Below are positions 33,204-41,169 of a DNA stretch of 41,513 nt, in pieces. Under the pieces are notes generated by a model. The model saw nothing but the letters and a program-made list of their open reading frames with translations, was not told the origin of the DNA and ran no database searches. Within the stretch, counting starts at the first letter, position 1, and each line of letters starts with the position of its first letter. The translations under genes were made by a program, and so were the position numbers. Origin of the DNA: an uncultured Alcaligenaceae bacterium (GTDB lineage: Bacteria > Pseudomonadota > Gammaproteobacteria > Burkholderiales > JACQAP01); NCBI GenBank assembly GCA_964650365.1, contig CAZYTR010000090.1, positions 1 to 41,513 of the forward strand. Direction: 5' to 3'.

Positions 33204-33677
33204 GTGAACCGCGCTGCCGTTGAGCTTTCCGCGTTCCTTCCCGAGGAGGCGGCCACGCTTGGTTTCGGAGAAAAACTGGCGCGGGTAATCCAGCCCGGCT
33301 TGTTCGTCGCGCTCTCGGGCGAGCTGGGCAGCGGGAAAACTACGCTGGCCCGCGGCATCCTGCGCGGACTGGGATACGAGGGCAAAGTGAAAAGTCCGAC
33401 GTACACACTGGTTGAACATTACAAACTTTCTAGGTTAGACTTATATCACTTTGATTTTTATCGGTTCGAGGATTCTCAGGAATTACTGGAGGCAGGCTTC
33501 AGGGACGACTTCAATTCCCGCAACGTCTGCCTGATCGAATGGCCCGAACGGGCGCAGGACCTGCTGCCCATCGCAGACCTGAGCGTTTCACTGATGGAAG
33601 AGCGCGGCGGGCGGCGTATCCGGGTCGCCGCACAAACGGAGCTGGGAAAAAATTGTCTGGCACGGATCGCAATCTAG
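33204..33677 (+). CDS. tsaE: tRNA t6A37 threonylcarbamoyladenosine biosynthesis protein TsaE
   Basis: GTG start, 157 aa. It has the Walker A motif GELGSGKTTLARG, SPTYTLV..Y and HFDFYR motifs. Confidence 0.88.
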   Translation: MNRAAVELSAFLPEEAATLGFGEKLARVIQPGLFVALSGELGSGKTTLARGILRGLGYEGKVKSPTYTLVEHYKLSRLDLYHFDFYRFEDSQELLEAGFRDDFNSRNVCLIEWPERAQDLLPIADLSVSLMEERGGRRIRVAAQTELGKNCLARIAI

Positions 33678-35005
33678 AGCAGTGGAACGCTGGCCCGGGT
33701 AAGAACTGCGGGCGCGAGCGATCCTGCCGGTGCGCCGTTTTTCTCGCCACGATACTGGCCGCTTTTCTGGCAGCACAGGCGGCTGCGCATGCCGCTACGC
33801 AGGTGATTTCCGCGCGCATATGGCCGGCGCAGGAATACACGCGCATCACGCTGGAATCGGGGGCGCCGATTGCGCACAACGTCTTCACCATCGCCAATCC
33901 CTACCGGCTGGTGCTCGACCTCGAAGACGTGGAATCGAGCACGGCTCTCGATGTGCTGTCTACCAAGATTTCGCCGGACGATCCCTACGTGAGCGGTGTG
34001 CGCATCGGCCGCTTCAAGCCCGGCGTCATCCGTCTGGTGCTGGACCTGAAGGCACAGGTCAAGCCTCAGGTCTTCACGCTCAAGCCGGTCGGGGACTATG
34101 GTCATCGGCTGGTGCTGGACGTCTATCCGGTCGAACCGGTGGACCCAATCCTCGCCCTGCTGGAGAAAAACGTCGTCCCGGCGCCGGCCAGCGTGAGCGC
34201 AACACCGGCTATACAGCCGGATCAGCCGGCAAGCGGCGCCGCGCGGGTACCGGCTGCTCCGGGCGCCAAGAAGCCGGCGGCGGAGGTGCCACGCCTGGTC
34301 ACCGTCGCCATTGACGCCGGACACGGCGGCGAGGATCCAGGCGCAAAGGGCCGCAGCGGCACTTACGAGAAGCACGTCACGCTGGAAATCGCGAAGAAAC
34401 TGAAAATGCTTATCGACAACGAGCCCAACATGCGCAGCGTGTTGATCCGTGACGGGGACTACTTCATTCCGCTCGCGAATCGCGTGATCAAGGCGCGCAG
34501 GGTCCAAGCCGACCTGTTCGTCTCGATCCATGCCGATGCCTTCATCAAGGCCCACGCCCGCGGCTCTTCGGTGTTCGCGCTGTCGGAACGCGGCGCGACC
34601 TCGGCTGCTGCCGGCTGGCTGGCGAAGAAGGAGAACGACGCCGATCTGATCGGCGGGGTCAACATCGACGTCGACGACCCGACCTTGAAGCAGGTACTGC
34701 TCGATCTTTCGCAGACAGCCACCAACAACGACAGCCTGAAACTCGCCAAGGCAGTGCTGGGCGAGATCGGCGGAATCAACGAACTGCACAGAGAGCACGT
34801 CGAGCAGGCTGGCTTCGCGGTGCTCAAGGCCCCGGACATCCCCTCCATCCTGGTCGAGACCGCCTTCCTCACCAACCCCGATGAGGAAAGGAAACTCAAG
34901 GACGAAAAGTATCAGGACGCGATGGCGCAGGCGATTCTTATGGGCATCCGCAAGTACTTTGCCGCGAATCCGCCGCTGGCCCGCTCCAAGTTAGCCCAGA
35001 AGTAA
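33653..35005 (+). CDS. amiC: N-acetylmuramoyl-L-alanine amidase (AMIN domain plus Amidase_3)
   Basis: AMIN domain (ARIWPAQEYTRITLES...RLVLDL) and catalytic domain (VAIDAGHGGEDPGA...SIHADA...VLVETAFLTN). The most downstream canonical start before the signal h-region is the TTG at 33653. The track ATG at 33539 overlaps tsaE by 139 nt. Confidence 0.85.
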   Translation: MSGTDRNLEQWNAGPGKNCGRERSCRCAVFLATILAAFLAAQAAAHAATQVISARIWPAQEYTRITLESGAPIAHNVFTIANPYRLVLDLEDVESSTALDVLSTKISPDDPYVSGVRIGRFKPGVIRLVLDLKAQVKPQVFTLKPVGDYGHRLVLDVYPVEPVDPILALLEKNVVPAPASVSATPAIQPDQPASGAARVPAAPGAKKPAAEVPRLVTVAIDAGHGGEDPGAKGRSGTYEKHVTLEIAKKLKMLIDNEPNMRSVLIRDGDYFIPLANRVIKARRVQADLFVSIHADAFIKAHARGSSVFALSERGATSAAAGWLAKKENDADLIGGVNIDVDDPTLKQVLLDLSQTATNNDSLKLAKAVLGEIGGINELHREHVEQAGFAVLKAPDIPSILVETAFLTNPDEERKLKDEKYQDAMAQAILMGIRKYFAANPPLARSKLAQK

Positions 35006-35007
35006 GC

Positions 35008-35156
35008 AAGGATGAAGGCGGAAGGATGAGGGCGGAAGGAAAGTCAAAAAACGAACCATGGATTCCGCCCGAATCTCGCACCGACCAACTGCGTCTCACT
35101 TCATCCTTCATCCTTCATCCCTCATCCTTGCCCCTCCGCCTTCTTCCTTCATCCTT
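35008..35156. repeat. two mutually complementary heptamer arrays (AAGGATG/AAGGCGG versus TTCATCC/CCGCCTT) forming a large imperfect hairpin
   Basis: 35008-35042 reads AAGGATG AAGGCGG AAGGATG AGGGCGG AAGGAAA. 35100-35156 reads TTCATCC x3, CTCATCC, TTGCCCC, TCCGCCT, TCTTCCT, TCATCCT. The arrays lie between amiC and the MobA-like gene. Confidence 0.8.
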
Positions 35157-35176
35157 GGGTCGGCGCCACTAGCCTC

Positions 35177-35740
35177 ATGCCGACCGTTGGCATTCTCCTG
35201 GCCGCCGGCAGCGGCAGCCGCTTCGGCGGCGGCAAGCTGCTGCATCGGCTCCGCGACGGCACGCCGATCGGCGTGGCTGCGCTGCGAAATCTCAAGAAGG
35301 CGTTGCCCGACGTCATCGCTGTGGCACGCGTCGGGGATGACGAGTTGACAAAACTGCTGGAGGCAGAGGGCATTGTCGTGACTCTTTGCCAAGACGCACA
35401 CCTGGGCATGGCACGCAGCCTCGCCTGCGCGATCCGCGCCAGCATTGACGCTGGAGCCTGGGTGATCGCGCTGGGTGACATGCCCTTCATCTCGCCTACA
35501 ACGATAAGCGCGATCGCCGGACGGGTCGCACAGTCGGGCCGGATCGCCGTGCCCGCTTACCGGGGCGAACGCGGCCACCCGGCCGGTTTCGGCAGCCGCT
35601 ACCGCGCCGAGTTGCTCGGCCTGGAAGGCGACGAAGGTGCGCGCTCAGTGATCAAGCGTCACGCCCACGACGTCGAGATCATCGACTGCGACGATCCTGG
35701 CATCCTGCGCGACATCGACACCACGGGCGACGCGGTCTGA
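35177..35740 (+). CDS. MobA/MocA-like molybdenum-cofactor nucleotidyltransferase
   Basis: 187 aa with the N-terminal GILLAAGSGSRFGG.K motif and GDMPFI, typical of the NTP_transf_3 family. Confidence 0.75.
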   Translation: MPTVGILLAAGSGSRFGGGKLLHRLRDGTPIGVAALRNLKKALPDVIAVARVGDDELTKLLEAEGIVVTLCQDAHLGMARSLACAIRASIDAGAWVIALGDMPFISPTTISAIAGRVAQSGRIAVPAYRGERGHPAGFGSRYRAELLGLEGDEGARSVIKRHAHDVEIIDCDDPGILRDIDTTGDAV

Positions 35741-35746
35741 GCCCGT

Positions 35747-38700
35747 TCAATTCGGTTTGAGGACGACGGCCTTGAGGTTGCCGTCGACGACGAAGTTGCC
35801 GCGGATCTGCGCGGCCTGCGACCTCAACTCGATAAAGACGCGCCCGTCTACGTCCTTGCTCGGAAGTACTTCGAAGCCGCCGGTTGCCGACAGCAGACCG
35901 GAGGCAAGCTTGAGATTGCGATACTGATAGCGGCCGCCGGCGACGCTGACCGCGCCGGAGATTTCCTCGAACCGCGTCGCCCCACCCTGCACGTTCTGCC
36001 GCCCTCCCATTTGCAGCGCGCGCACCAGGTCCACGCCATCCAAGGCCCCCTTCCTGATGACGAACGTCCCATCAATCCTGGGCCCATCGAATAGCGCAAC
36101 GAGGTCGGGAGCAGCCAACGCGTAGCGCAGCGTGGACTCCAGTTGCCCGCTCGACTTCGCATCCCGTGTGAACACCGGCATCAATTCCTGCAGCGCAATA
36201 CGCTCAGTAGTCAACTCGCCCGTGAGCGACCACGGCCCGCCCCAGTTCATCAACGCCGTACCCTTCGCGGCACCGCCATAAAGAAGAGCCCGGAACTCTT
36301 CGACCCGGACCTGGTTGCGCGAAGCCACCAGCTTGGCCGAGAAATCGGTGAACTCGATCTGCGGTCCGATCGGGGGAACCCAGCCCTTGCCGGCAGTCAC
36401 GGCGATGTCGAATTCCTCGCCGCGCGGCGTGATTTGCATGGAAAGTTTGCCGTCGGCAGTCTCCAATGCCGCCTTCTGGACCGCGCCTTCCGGGGAAAGA
36501 TCCAACTCCGCGTCGAAGTTCGGCAACTTCAACGTCAGGGATTCCAGCTTCGCGCCTTTCAGCTCTATGCGCTTGACCTGCACGTTCTTGTCGGTAACCG
36601 CCGTCTCCATCCACTTCGGCAGACGCGCGAGCACCTCTTGAGCCACGCTCATCGACTCGACCCTGACGTTACTGATGTCCTTGACCGCGCCGAACGCCGA
36701 CCCGAAATCCAACGACAGCTCGACCTTGCCGATCTTGACGTCCTGCGTGCTACCGAGCTTTACATCGTCGAGCGTCATCGAGAATCCACCGAGTACCGAG
36801 ACGCGCATCGAGCCGATCGTGACGGGTTCCCCGATGTGGTCGGACGCCAGTTTCTCGATCGATGGAATGTAGGTATTCATCGGTATCACCTGGATACCGC
36901 CGAGTGCCAGTGCAACGACGACGACCACACCTATGATTACCGGCCTGAAGCGCTCAAGCGGCGTGCGAATTGCCTTGTTCCTCTTCAGGGCATCGACCTC
37001 GGCGCGCTTACGGTCGCGTTCCTCCTGTTCCGTGCGCCGGCGCGACAATCCCTCTTCGCGCACCTTGCGCTCGGATTCGATCTTCATCTCCTCCTGGCGC
37101 TGGCGCTCCTGCTCGGTCTTGACCCTGCGCTCTTCCTGCTCCTTGATGCGGAGTTCTTTCTCCTCCTGGCGCTTGCGCTCGCGCTCTTCCCGGTCCTGGC
37201 GCTCGTGCTCCATGCGCTGGCGCCGCTCACGGTCTTCTGCTTCGCGCCGTTGCGCTTCCAGACGCGCCTCTTCCTCGCGCTCGGCACGCTCCACTACACG
37301 ACGCGACTCTTCCTGCTCGCGGTCACGGCGCTCTTCTTCCTCTTCGCGGCGGCGCAGTTCTTCCTGCTGCTTCTCGAACTCGGAAGCAACCTGGCTTTCC
37401 ATCGACCTCAGACCCGAGAGGTCAAATTCCGGTAGATCGCTTTTCGCAGCCGCCTCGCTGCGCGCACGCTCCTCGTCCTCACGCCGCCTGCGCTCTTCTT
37501 CCTCGCGCCGGCGCCGGTCAGCATCTTCACGTTCGCGACGTGCGTCCTCGTCCTGGCGGCGGCGCGCTTGCTCTTCTTCGCGTTGCCGGCCATCCTCCTT
37601 CGCCCGCTCGCCCGGACCTTCATCCCCGCGCCGGCGGCGCGCTTCCTCGTCTTCGAGTTGCCCCCGTTCATCGTCCTCGCGTCGGCGCCGCGCATCTTCC
37701 TCGGCGCGACGGTGATCTTCCTCCTCACGGCGCCGGCGCCGCTCATCCTCCTCGCGTCGACGCTCCTCTTCCTCCTTGCGCTTGCGCTCCTCTTCCTCTT
37801 TGCGTTTGCGCTCCTCCTCTTCCTTGCGCTTGCGCTCCTCTTCTTCCCTGCGCTTGCGTTCCTCCTCCTCCTTGCGCTTGCGCTCCTCTTCTTCCTCCCG
37901 ACGCCTGCGCTCTGCTTCCTCTTTGCGCTTGCGCTCGTCCTCTTCCTTGCGCTTACGCTCCTCCTCCTCGCGGCGACGCCGTTCCTCATCTTCCCGGCGC
38001 CGGCGCTCCTCATCTTCCTTGCGGTTGCGTTCCTCTTCCTCGCGGCGGCGGCGTTCTTCCTCCTCGCGCTTCTTGAGTTCTTCTTCTTCCCGGCGCCGGC
38101 GTTCCGTGTCCTCGCGATTACGCCGCTCGGCATTCTCCCCTGCCTCGCGTTCCGCTTCCTGCTGTTTCTTGCGATCGGCTTGTTCCAGTGCCTTGCGTTC
38201 GTTTTCGAGAATCTTCGCCAAGTCCCGTTGCGTCTGCGCCAATGCCTCGGCTTCGAGTTTGGCCTTGCGCTCCGCTTCCAAACGCAACTTGAGCCCGGCG
38301 GCTTCTTTGGCCTTGCGTTCGGCCTCGACCTTGGCGAGCCGCTCCGCTTCGTCGCGGCCCTGGCGCAGCGCCAGCTCTTTTTTCAGCCTTTCCTCGTCCT
38401 CGCGCTTCTTCCTGGCTTCCTGCTCCGCCTTGACACGATCGGCGGACTCGCGCTGACGGAATTCAGTCTGCGCCGAATGGTAGGGATTCTTTCCGGGAGC
38501 GAGCGAGGTGGTAAAGTCAAGATCGTCGACATACGCGCTTTGCGAGGGAGTGCTGGGAGCGGCACCCGAGGTGTTGGAAAACTCCTTGATGTAGCCGCCG
38601 GTGGACAACTGCAAGAGCGCGCGATCCATCTCGGCATCGCCGAGGCTCGACTTGGCGATGAGTTCCGCGACAGTGGATTTGCCGTCGATGAGCGTCAGCA

Positions 38701-38791
38701 CCTTGACCAAGTCCTTGGCAAGTTTGCCGACTTTGTTCTTGATCTCCAGAACCCCTTTGCCGGTCTTGGAGTAGATCGTCTTCTTATCCAT
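35747..38791 (-). CDS. giant bitopic protein: N-terminal small domain, ~500-aa E/R/K-rich segment, one TM helix, AsmA-like periplasmic domain
   Basis: An ATG at 38791 (MDKKTIYSKTGKG...) gives 1014 aa. A single hydrophobic helix, FRPVIIGVVVVVALALGGIQVIPM, is encoded at about 36878-36949. The C-terminal 376 aa is beta-rich and ends in an AsmA_2-like pattern (GGRYQYRNLKLASGLLSATGGFEVLPSKDVDGRVFIEL). Confidence 0.8.
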   Translation of the reverse strand: MDKKTIYSKTGKGVLEIKNKVGKLAKDLVKVLTLIDGKSTVAELIAKSSLGDAEMDRALLQLSTGGYIKEFSNTSGAAPSTPSQSAYVDDLDFTTSLAPGKNPYHSAQTEFRQRESADRVKAEQEARKKREDEERLKKELALRQGRDEAERLAKVEAERKAKEAAGLKLRLEAERKAKLEAEALAQTQRDLAKILENERKALEQADRKKQQEAEREAGENAERRNREDTERRRREEEELKKREEEERRRREEEERNRKEDEERRRREDEERRRREEEERKRKEEDERKRKEEAERRRREEEEERKRKEEEERKRREEEERKRKEEEERKRKEEEERKRKEEEERRREEDERRRRREEEDHRRAEEDARRRREDDERGQLEDEEARRRRGDEGPGERAKEDGRQREEEQARRRQDEDARREREDADRRRREEEERRRREDEERARSEAAAKSDLPEFDLSGLRSMESQVASEFEKQQEELRRREEEEERRDREQEESRRVVERAEREEEARLEAQRREAEDRERRQRMEHERQDREERERKRQEEKELRIKEQEERRVKTEQERQRQEEMKIESERKVREEGLSRRRTEQEERDRKRAEVDALKRNKAIRTPLERFRPVIIGVVVVVALALGGIQVIPMNTYIPSIEKLASDHIGEPVTIGSMRVSVLGGFSMTLDDVKLGSTQDVKIGKVELSLDFGSAFGAVKDISNVRVESMSVAQEVLARLPKWMETAVTDKNVQVKRIELKGAKLESLTLKLPNFDAELDLSPEGAVQKAALETADGKLSMQITPRGEEFDIAVTAGKGWVPPIGPQIEFTDFSAKLVASRNQVRVEEFRALLYGGAAKGTALMNWGGPWSLTGELTTERIALQELMPVFTRDAKSSGQLESTLRYALAAPDLVALFDGPRIDGTFVIRKGALDGVDLVRALQMGGRQNVQGGATRFEEISGAVSVAGGRYQYRNLKLASGLLSATGGFEVLPSKDVDGRVFIELRSQAAQIRGNFVVDGNLKAVVLKPN
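37761..37955. repeat. eight tandem 24-nt (one 27-nt) repeats inside the giant gene, encoding EEEERKRK units
   Basis: The plus-strand unit CGCTCCTCTTCCTCCTTGCGCTTG is repeated head-to-tail from 37761 with few substitutions. Confidence 0.85.
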
Positions 38792-38968
38792 CCTGCCTGT
38801 TCTTTCTCGGTCCCCGGGAATGGGGAAATACAACAATGGACTCTCGACCAAACATCGACCGAAGAATCCTGGAACGGCGATACGGCAAAGACATCAGGGC
38901 TTCTCCGCCGAGAAGCCCCGTAGTTTCAGCAAATTAAGCTAATTATTAGGCCTCACGGCTTGCGCGTC

Positions 38969-39327
38969 CAGTGTCCTGTTCCGCTGATTCGTGGGACAAC
39001 ATGCGAACCTTGGAAGGCATACCTCATATCCATTTGGAAAAAAATCAATCATCGATCCGAAAACACGCGAAATCGGCGTCAGGCAAGGCGCGAGTCCTCG
39101 ACAGTGGCGGGGGCCGGTGGAACGTGGAGCAGGGCCCCCGCCTGCGGGGATGCGACCGTGCAACCGGCCAATAGCGTGTCGACCACCGGCCTAACGCGTG
39201 TCTCCTCGGTCAGATCCCCAGAGGGGCCCCTCCTCCGCGCTCCGACACGCACGGCGAGGACTCGTAACACCGCATGGCGCCGATTCTCGTCGGGTTTTCA
39301 GCCGCGAATCGGCCGAACAGGACACTG
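38969..39327 (+). other. intergenic ~355-bp unit bounded by a 24-26 bp imperfect inverted repeat; its right arm is copy 2 of the 47-nt element
   Basis: Left arm GTGTCCTGTTCCGCTGATTCGTGG (38971-38994); right arm CCGCGAATCGGCCGAACAGGACAC (39302-39325). There is also an internal 10-bp GC hairpin (39106-39115 / 39133-39142) and the palindrome GAGGGGCCCCTC. Confidence 0.6.
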
Positions 39328-39331
39328 AAGT

Positions 39332-40714
39332 TCAAATCGCCTTGACGATATCCTCCACGACTTTTTTGGCGTCTCCGAACACCATCATGGTCTTATCCAT
39401 GTAGAAAAGATCGTTGTCGAGACCGGCGTAACCCGCCGCCATACTACGCTTGACCACCAACACCGTGCGTGCCTTGTGCACTTCCAGGATGGGCATTCCG
39501 TATATCGGGCTGCCGGGCACGTTGGCGGCCGGATTGACGACGTCGTTGGCGCCCAGGACCAGCACCTCGTCAGTGGTCGCGAATTCGTTGTTGATTTCTT
39601 CCATCTCGAACACCTGGTCGTAGGGAATCTCCGCTTCCGCCAGCAGCACGTTCATGTGTCCGGGCATGCGGCCAGCGACCGGGTGGATGGCGAAACGGAC
39701 TTTCACGCCCTTTTCGTGGAGCTGTTCCGCCATTTCCTTCACCGCGTGCTGGGCGCGGGCCACCGCCAGTCCGTAACCCGGGACGATGATAATCGACTCG
39801 GCGTTACCCATCAGGAAGGCTGCGTCGTCCGGGCTGCCGCTGCGATAAGTTTTCTGCGTCGCGTCCCCAGTCGCAGCCGCTGCATCGCCACCGCCGAAGC
39901 CACCCAAAATCACGTTGAAGAACGAGCGATTCATTGCCTTGCACATGATGTAGGAAAGGATCGCGCCGGAGCTTCCCACCAGCGAGCCAGAGATGATCAG
40001 CATTGGGTTGTTGAGCGAGAAGCCGATGCCGGCCGCTGCCCAGCCCGAATAGCTGTTGAGCATCGAGATCACCACCGGCATGTCGGCCCCGCCGATCGGG
40101 ATGATGATGAGCACGCCGAGCACGAACGCGATCGCGGACATGATCGCGAACGGCGTCCAGCTTTGGTTGAACATGAAGGCAACGCCGAAAGCGATCATGA
40201 CGATTGCCAGCGCCAGATTGAGCCAGTGCTGCCCGCCGAACACCACGGGGGCGCTGCGTATCCTGCCGGAAAGCTTGCCGAAGGCGATCACCGAGCCACT
40301 GAAGGTGATGGCGCCGACGAACGTGCCGATGAAAAGCTCCAGCCGGTTGCCGCGCGGAATGATGCCGTCCGCGGTCAGGATCCCGTAGGCGCCGGGATTG
40401 TGGACCGCGGCGAACGCGATCAGCACCGCAGCCAGACCCACCAGCGAGTGCATCGCCGCCACCAGCTCCGGCATCGCCGTCATCTGGATGCGCCGCGCGA
40501 CCGCGGCGCCGACCGTGCCACCCACCGCAACGCCCAGCACGATCAGCATCCAGTTCTGCGTGACCGACAGCGTGGTGAGCACGGCGATCGCCATGCCGAT
40601 GATGCCGAACAGATTGCCCCTGCGCGCGGTCAGCGGTGAAGACAGCCCCTTGAGGGACAGAACGAAAAACACCGACGCGACCAGGTACGCCAGCGCCACT
40701 TGATTTGCAGACAT
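39332..40714 (-). CDS. pntB: NAD(P) transhydrogenase subunit beta
   Basis: 460 aa with a polytopic N-terminal half and a C-terminal NADP(H)-binding domain (IIVPGYGLAVA.AQH...VRFAIHPVAGRMPGHMNVLLAEA). Confidence 0.92.
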   Translation of the reverse strand: MSANQVALAYLVASVFFVLSLKGLSSPLTARRGNLFGIIGMAIAVLTTLSVTQNWMLIVLGVAVGGTVGAAVARRIQMTAMPELVAAMHSLVGLAAVLIAFAAVHNPGAYGILTADGIIPRGNRLELFIGTFVGAITFSGSVIAFGKLSGRIRSAPVVFGGQHWLNLALAIVMIAFGVAFMFNQSWTPFAIMSAIAFVLGVLIIIPIGGADMPVVISMLNSYSGWAAAGIGFSLNNPMLIISGSLVGSSGAILSYIMCKAMNRSFFNVILGGFGGGDAAAATGDATQKTYRSGSPDDAAFLMGNAESIIIVPGYGLAVARAQHAVKEMAEQLHEKGVKVRFAIHPVAGRMPGHMNVLLAEAEIPYDQVFEMEEINNEFATTDEVLVLGANDVVNPAANVPGSPIYGMPILEVHKARTVLVVKRSMAAGYAGLDNDLFYMDKTMMVFGDAKKVVEDIVKAI

Positions 40715-40804
40715 TCAGTTCTCCGAGACGGGTTCGTTTCCGGTGGTTTCCCGTAGCAGCGACGCAACGCGCCCATCGCGCATCAGTCGCTGCCGCAAGC
40801 CCAC

Positions 40805-41104
40805 CTACGTTCGCTTGTCTTTCTTCTTGAACATTTCCAGCATGCGCTGGGTCACGAGGAACCCGCCGAAAACGTTGACGCTGGCAAGCACCACGGCGAC
40901 GAAGCCGAGCGCGGTGCCCCAGTCGATCGGCTGCGGGCCGGCGGCCAGCATGGCGCCCACGATGATGATGCCGGAGATGGCATTGGTCACCGACATGAGC
41001 GGCGTGTGCAGCGCCGGCGTCACGGTCCACACCACGTGATAGCCAACGATAATGGCCAGCACGAACACGGTCAGATGGCTAACAATCGGATCAACAGCTT
41101 GCAT
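40805..41104 (-). CDS. pntA: NAD(P) transhydrogenase subunit alpha part 2 (membrane part)
   Basis: An ATG at 41104 follows GGAGA and gives 99 aa. The sequence [40 protein letters not shown] is diagnostic of PntAB. Confidence 0.85.
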   Translation of the reverse strand: MQAVDPIVSHLTVFVLAIIVGYHVVWTVTPALHTPLMSVTNAISGIIIVGAMLAAGPQPIDWGTALGFVAVVLASVNVFGGFLVTQRMLEMFKKKDKRT

Positions 41105-41169
41105 ATTCTTGTCTCCAGAAATTAAGGGGTGTGGCGTCAAAGACACGGCGGTAAGGCGTTATGCGTACT

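Noticed and set aside
37400-38460. Possible CRISPR array or other non-coding repeat locus, because of the dense short repeats.
   Set aside because: The repeats are contiguous (no unique spacers), have a 24-nt period that is a multiple of 3, and lie in one uninterrupted reading frame encoding E/R/K runs. No cas genes are nearby. The heptamer arrays elsewhere are likewise spacer-less.
38969-39327. RNase P RNA, tmRNA or 6S RNA, because the unit is ~355 nt with a long helix pairing its two ends.
   Set aside because: I could not find the universally conserved strings on either strand: GGAAAGTCCGGGCT and ACAGAACCCGGCTTA-type blocks for RNase P, or a GGGGCTGATTCTGGATTCGAC-type 5' end and a tRNA-like ...GGTTCGAATCC...CCA 3' end for tmRNA. 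The unit is about twice the length of 6S RNA.
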